A stretch of DNA of 64,000 nucleotides from contig JAYGDX010000068.1 of NCBI GenBank assembly GCA_046582655.1, positions 1-64,000 on the forward strand, read 5' to 3'. Within the stretch, counting starts at the first letter, position 1; each line of letters starts with the position of its first letter. Positions 60,871-64,000 of the stretch are shown one piece after another. Below the pieces are notes generated by a model. It saw only the letters and a list, made by a program, of their open reading frames with translations. It did no database searches and was not told the origin of the DNA. The translations under genes and the position numbers were made by a program. This stretch comes from Candidatus Poribacteria bacterium (GTDB lineage: Bacteria; Poribacteria; WGA-4E; UBA9662).

Positions 60871-61650
60871 ATGAAACCAGGTTTTATGTCTTCGGTTTGC
60901 CCGAAGCAAACACTTTCTGAATTGATTGAAACGGCCAAAAAATACGGTTACCAGGGAATAGAGTTTCGGGTGGAATGGGACCATCAACACGGTATAGAGC
61001 TAAATGCTACCGACGAGGAACTTCAGCAGGCCAAGCAGCTGTTAACGGATAACGGTATCGTCGCCTCCTGTATTGCGACTGGTGTTCAGTTTAACTCAGG
61101 TAATCGTTCTGACCACCTTTCGCAGCGCGACTCACTTCAAAAGTATATTGGACTGGCAGCCAAGATGGATGTTCCGTACCTGAGAACTTTTAGTGATCCG
61201 GTTCCTGAAGAAGATGAAGTTGCCCGGAACGAAGTGTTGAATCTAGCTGCGGAATCTTATGCTTCCGTCGATGATTGGGCTAAACAACACGGCGTTCAGG
61301 TTTTGGTGGAAACACATACCAACATGCGGGCCCACTGGGCTAAGCAGATCTTAGATACAGCCAGTGCAGATAGTTTAAATATTCTGTGGGATGCTGGCCA
61401 TCATTTGGGTCGGGGGCAATCGGTGGAGGAAGCGTATCCGTACTTATGCGGACAGGTATCGCACCTACACTTTAGATCTAATCCCAGTAGTGAGACACTG
61501 ACCGACGTTGACAATCAGCAGATCTTCAGCCTTTTAGCTGCTGATAGGTTTACAGGGTTCTTCTCGCTGGAGGTGATAAATCCTGAAGATTCCGAGGCCG
61601 TTTTGAACCATCATATAGCCAAGTTCACCGAATTCATGAAGGGAATCTAA
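60871..61650 (+). CDS. Sugar phosphate isomerase/epimerase (xylose isomerase-like TIM barrel)
   Basis: GYQGIEFR, LVETH, LWDAGH, HLH, SLEV; AGGAG RBS. Confidence 0.9.
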   Translation: MKPGFMSSVCPKQTLSELIETAKKYGYQGIEFRVEWDHQHGIELNATDEELQQAKQLLTDNGIVASCIATGVQFNSGNRSDHLSQRDSLQKYIGLAAKMDVPYLRTFSDPVPEEDEVARNEVLNLAAESYASVDDWAKQHGVQVLVETHTNMRAHWAKQILDTASADSLNILWDAGHHLGRGQSVEEAYPYLCGQVSHLHFRSNPSSETLTDVDNQQIFSLLAADRFTGFFSLEVINPEDSEAVLNHHIAKFTEFMKGI

Positions 61651-61698
61651 GTTGGCCAACCTGCAAGACCGCACGCACAACAGCAAAAGAGCATTGCA

Positions 61699-63213
61699 AT
61701 GATGAACCAACAATCAAGCCCAAATTTTCTTGTTTTTATCGTTGATCAGATGAACAGTTTCAGCCTTGGATGCCATGGTAATTCAGATGTCCGCACACCC
61801 AATATAGACAAGTTATGCGCTGGAGGTACAAGTTTTGACCGCGCCTACTGTAGCAATCCGGTCTGTTCCCCCTCCAGAGCTACGCTCCATACCGGACTGA
61901 CTCCCCGGCAACACGGTTTGGTCACCAACGGGTGTAAATTGACGGATCAGATGCCCACGTTGCCACAGGTGTTGGCGGACAATGGGTATCGTACCCATTG
62001 TGTTGGCAAGATCCATTTGCAACCATTCAGCACCTCTGACTTTGGCGAGGAAGGTCATCCCCTTTCGTGGGAGAGTCGCGACCTGTGGAATGAAGGTGTG
62101 ATCGAAGGATTACCCCTACCATATTATGGCTATCAAACGGTGGACTATGTTGGTGGACATGTCAACTATGTCAACGGTGATTATATCAATGACGTGGAAG
62201 CACGGTCTCCAGGTACCAGAGCAAAACTGAGCCGGGCAGAGGCATACCATAGTGTACCGAAAAGTCAAGCTTGGCGAATGCCAATTGATCCGGAATTGCA
62301 CTATAATCATTGGATCGCAGACAGGTCGATGGACTTTCTCGATTCGGTGCCGGATGAGGATAATTTCTTTCTTGTCACCTCTTTCCCAGATCCTCACCAT
62401 CCCTTTGCTGCCTGTCGACCCTACAGCGAAATGTATGATCCCAACGAGGTCACCTTGCCGGAAACCTGGAACGAAGGTGAAGATCTCTGTGGTTACCTTC
62501 AACGGGATGCCAACACCGGGCACAGTTCGTGGGACGAAACCGCTTTACGAGAATCCATCGCCCAGACTTACGGTATGGTCACTCACATCGACGACAATGT
62601 CGGCCGTCTGCTCCAGTACCTTGATCAAACCGGACACGCCGACAACACTGTTGTAGTGTTTCTGTCTGATCACGGTGAGTATCTTGGTTCTCATCACCTG
62701 CTACTGAAAGGGAAGTGGCCCTACGAACAGGTGGTGCGTGTGCCGTATATCTGGAAAGATCCAAAAGCAAGAGCGAGAGGAAGATCTGATCAAATTGCCA
62801 GCCTGCTCGATTTTGTGCCGACGGTGCTTGATTATGTCAAAATTGATCAAATTCCTTTTAAGTTGCGTGCCGAGGGGAAAGGAACTACACCAACCCTGCC
62901 GGGGAGATCATTGCGAAGCTGGATTGAAGGAAATACAGAGTCGAGTGTCGGCGCCTTAGTCGAGTATGACGAAGACTTCTCTGCAGGACATATATGTCGC
63001 TACCGGATGTTTATTGAATCACGATTCAAGGTCTGTCTCTACGGAGGAACAGGGCAGGGGGTTTTGCTCGATCTGGAACAGGATCCACATGAACGCCGTA
63101 ACCTATGGACAGATAGCAGCTACACCAGCATCCGAAACGATATGCTGGCCAAACTGGCTGACCGATTGGCGTGGACGGATCGGCTTGATTCCCCTCGTTA
63201 TTGTGGTGCTTAA
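61699..63213 (+). CDS. Formylglycine-dependent sulfatase
   Basis: PNFLVFIVDQ, CSPSR, GKIH, DPHHP, SDHG. Confidence 0.95.
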   Translation: MMNQQSSPNFLVFIVDQMNSFSLGCHGNSDVRTPNIDKLCAGGTSFDRAYCSNPVCSPSRATLHTGLTPRQHGLVTNGCKLTDQMPTLPQVLADNGYRTHCVGKIHLQPFSTSDFGEEGHPLSWESRDLWNEGVIEGLPLPYYGYQTVDYVGGHVNYVNGDYINDVEARSPGTRAKLSRAEAYHSVPKSQAWRMPIDPELHYNHWIADRSMDFLDSVPDEDNFFLVTSFPDPHHPFAACRPYSEMYDPNEVTLPETWNEGEDLCGYLQRDANTGHSSWDETALRESIAQTYGMVTHIDDNVGRLLQYLDQTGHADNTVVVFLSDHGEYLGSHHLLLKGKWPYEQVVRVPYIWKDPKARARGRSDQIASLLDFVPTVLDYVKIDQIPFKLRAEGKGTTPTLPGRSLRSWIEGNTESSVGALVEYDEDFSAGHICRYRMFIESRFKVCLYGGTGQGVLLDLEQDPHERRNLWTDSSYTSIRNDMLAKLADRLAWTDRLDSPRYCGA

Positions 63214-63330
63214 TCGACAGCAGAACAAATAAATTTCCGCGCCCCTGGAGATTTTTCAGTAATTGCGTGCCCTCAAGATGGCACGTATGCAATCTTTTTC
63301 AAAGACGACCTGAATCAAGGAATACTTGCT

Positions 63331-64000
63331 ATGAACAACCGTCCAAACATTCTAATTATTCAGTCTGACCAGCACCGAATCGACTGTATCGGAGCATATG
63401 GGAACTCAGAGATCCAAACACCACACCTCGATGCGCTGTCAGCGGACGGCATCAGGTATCAGCAGTCGTTCTGCCCATATCCGGTGTGCACACCATCGAG
63501 ATATTCATTTCTGTCCGGGCTTTATGTCCATCAGCACATGGGGCGGAGCAATCGCTCAACCTTGTCCCCCGTTATCCCGACCTTTCCGCGTGTTCTGTGT
63601 GATGCAGGTTATCAAACTAAAGCTGTCGGCAAGATGCACTTCACACCGACCTATCTGGACGTTGGATTTGAAGAGATGTTGCTGGCTGAGCAGGCTGGGT
63701 CAGGGCGGTACGATGACGACTATCACCGATGGTTGAAGGAAGAAGGTCAGTTCGACCAGATTGATCTGATAGATCAGGTACAGGAGTATCGACAACAGAC
63801 GTCAGCAGAATACTGGGATACTGTCGGCGCCATAGAATCGAACCTGGAGGAAAAGTACCACTCTACCACCTGGATTGGAGATTGTGCTGTCGAAAGCCTC
63901 TCCGATTGGAACCATGATCGTTCGCACTTGCTGATGGTGAGTTTTATCAAACCGCACCATCCGTTCGATCCACCAACACCGTGGAGTCGGATGTACGACC
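63331..64000 (+). CDS. Sulfatase, partial (runs off window end)
   Basis: MNNRPNILIIQSDQHR...CTPSR...GKMH...KPHHPFDPP; not in the ORF track because it has no stop. Confidence 0.92.
   Translation, partial: MNNRPNILIIQSDQHRIDCIGAYGNSEIQTPHLDALSADGIRYQQSFCPYPVCTPSRYSFLSGLYVHQHMGRSNRSTLSPVIPTFPRVLCDAGYQTKAVGKMHFTPTYLDVGFEEMLLAEQAGSGRYDDDYHRWLKEEGQFDQIDLIDQVQEYRQQTSAEYWDTVGAIESNLEEKYHSTTWIGDCAVESLSDWNHDRSHLLMVSFIKPHHPFDPPTPWSRMYD

Noticed and set aside
1087..63736. Many short ORFs in the supplied track overlapping long genes (e.g. 58356-58901, 62116-62523, 63398-63736)
   Set aside because: Shadow frames of well-supported genes with no recognisable motifs.
1..64000. CRISPR array, rRNA, selenoprotein readthrough
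   Set aside because: No regularly spaced repeat-spacer array, no rRNA signature and no in-frame TGA splitting a recognisable gene was seen.

Overview
Bacterial chromosomal window, mostly core metabolism. The FlgD-Ig-type C-terminal tail of a 1601-aa secreted protein (NPFNPETWI motif) and the sulfatase/PhyH/Gfo-Idh genes resemble Ca. Poribacteria-like marine lineages; this is an inference, not established. In order, the window holds: a decayed IS5 element; a MauG/bCcP-type diheme protein fused to a beta-helix; a VTC/TTM-like protein; a methyltransferase; and class II ribonucleotide reductase nrdJ with a ~300-nt leader carrying two diverged 97-bp tandem units with covarying stems. Next is a 16-gene minus-strand respiratory cluster: HEAT protein, Rieske, split b6-like cytochrome b, octaheme cytochrome c, two type-1-copper cupredoxin-like modules (one fused to oxidase subunit IV), an A-type cytochrome c oxidase lacking the K-channel lysine, and SCO. 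This is followed by 3 tRNAs, rpoD-dnaG-mutS2, a glpD remnant, a secreted beta-helix protein, a dnaJ paralog, gltBD divergent from a citrate synthase-like/icd/mdh operon, an IS701 remnant and a sulfatase-containing catabolic cluster that runs off the end. No CRISPR, rRNA or prophage seen. All calls come from motif reading by eye; no database searches were run.
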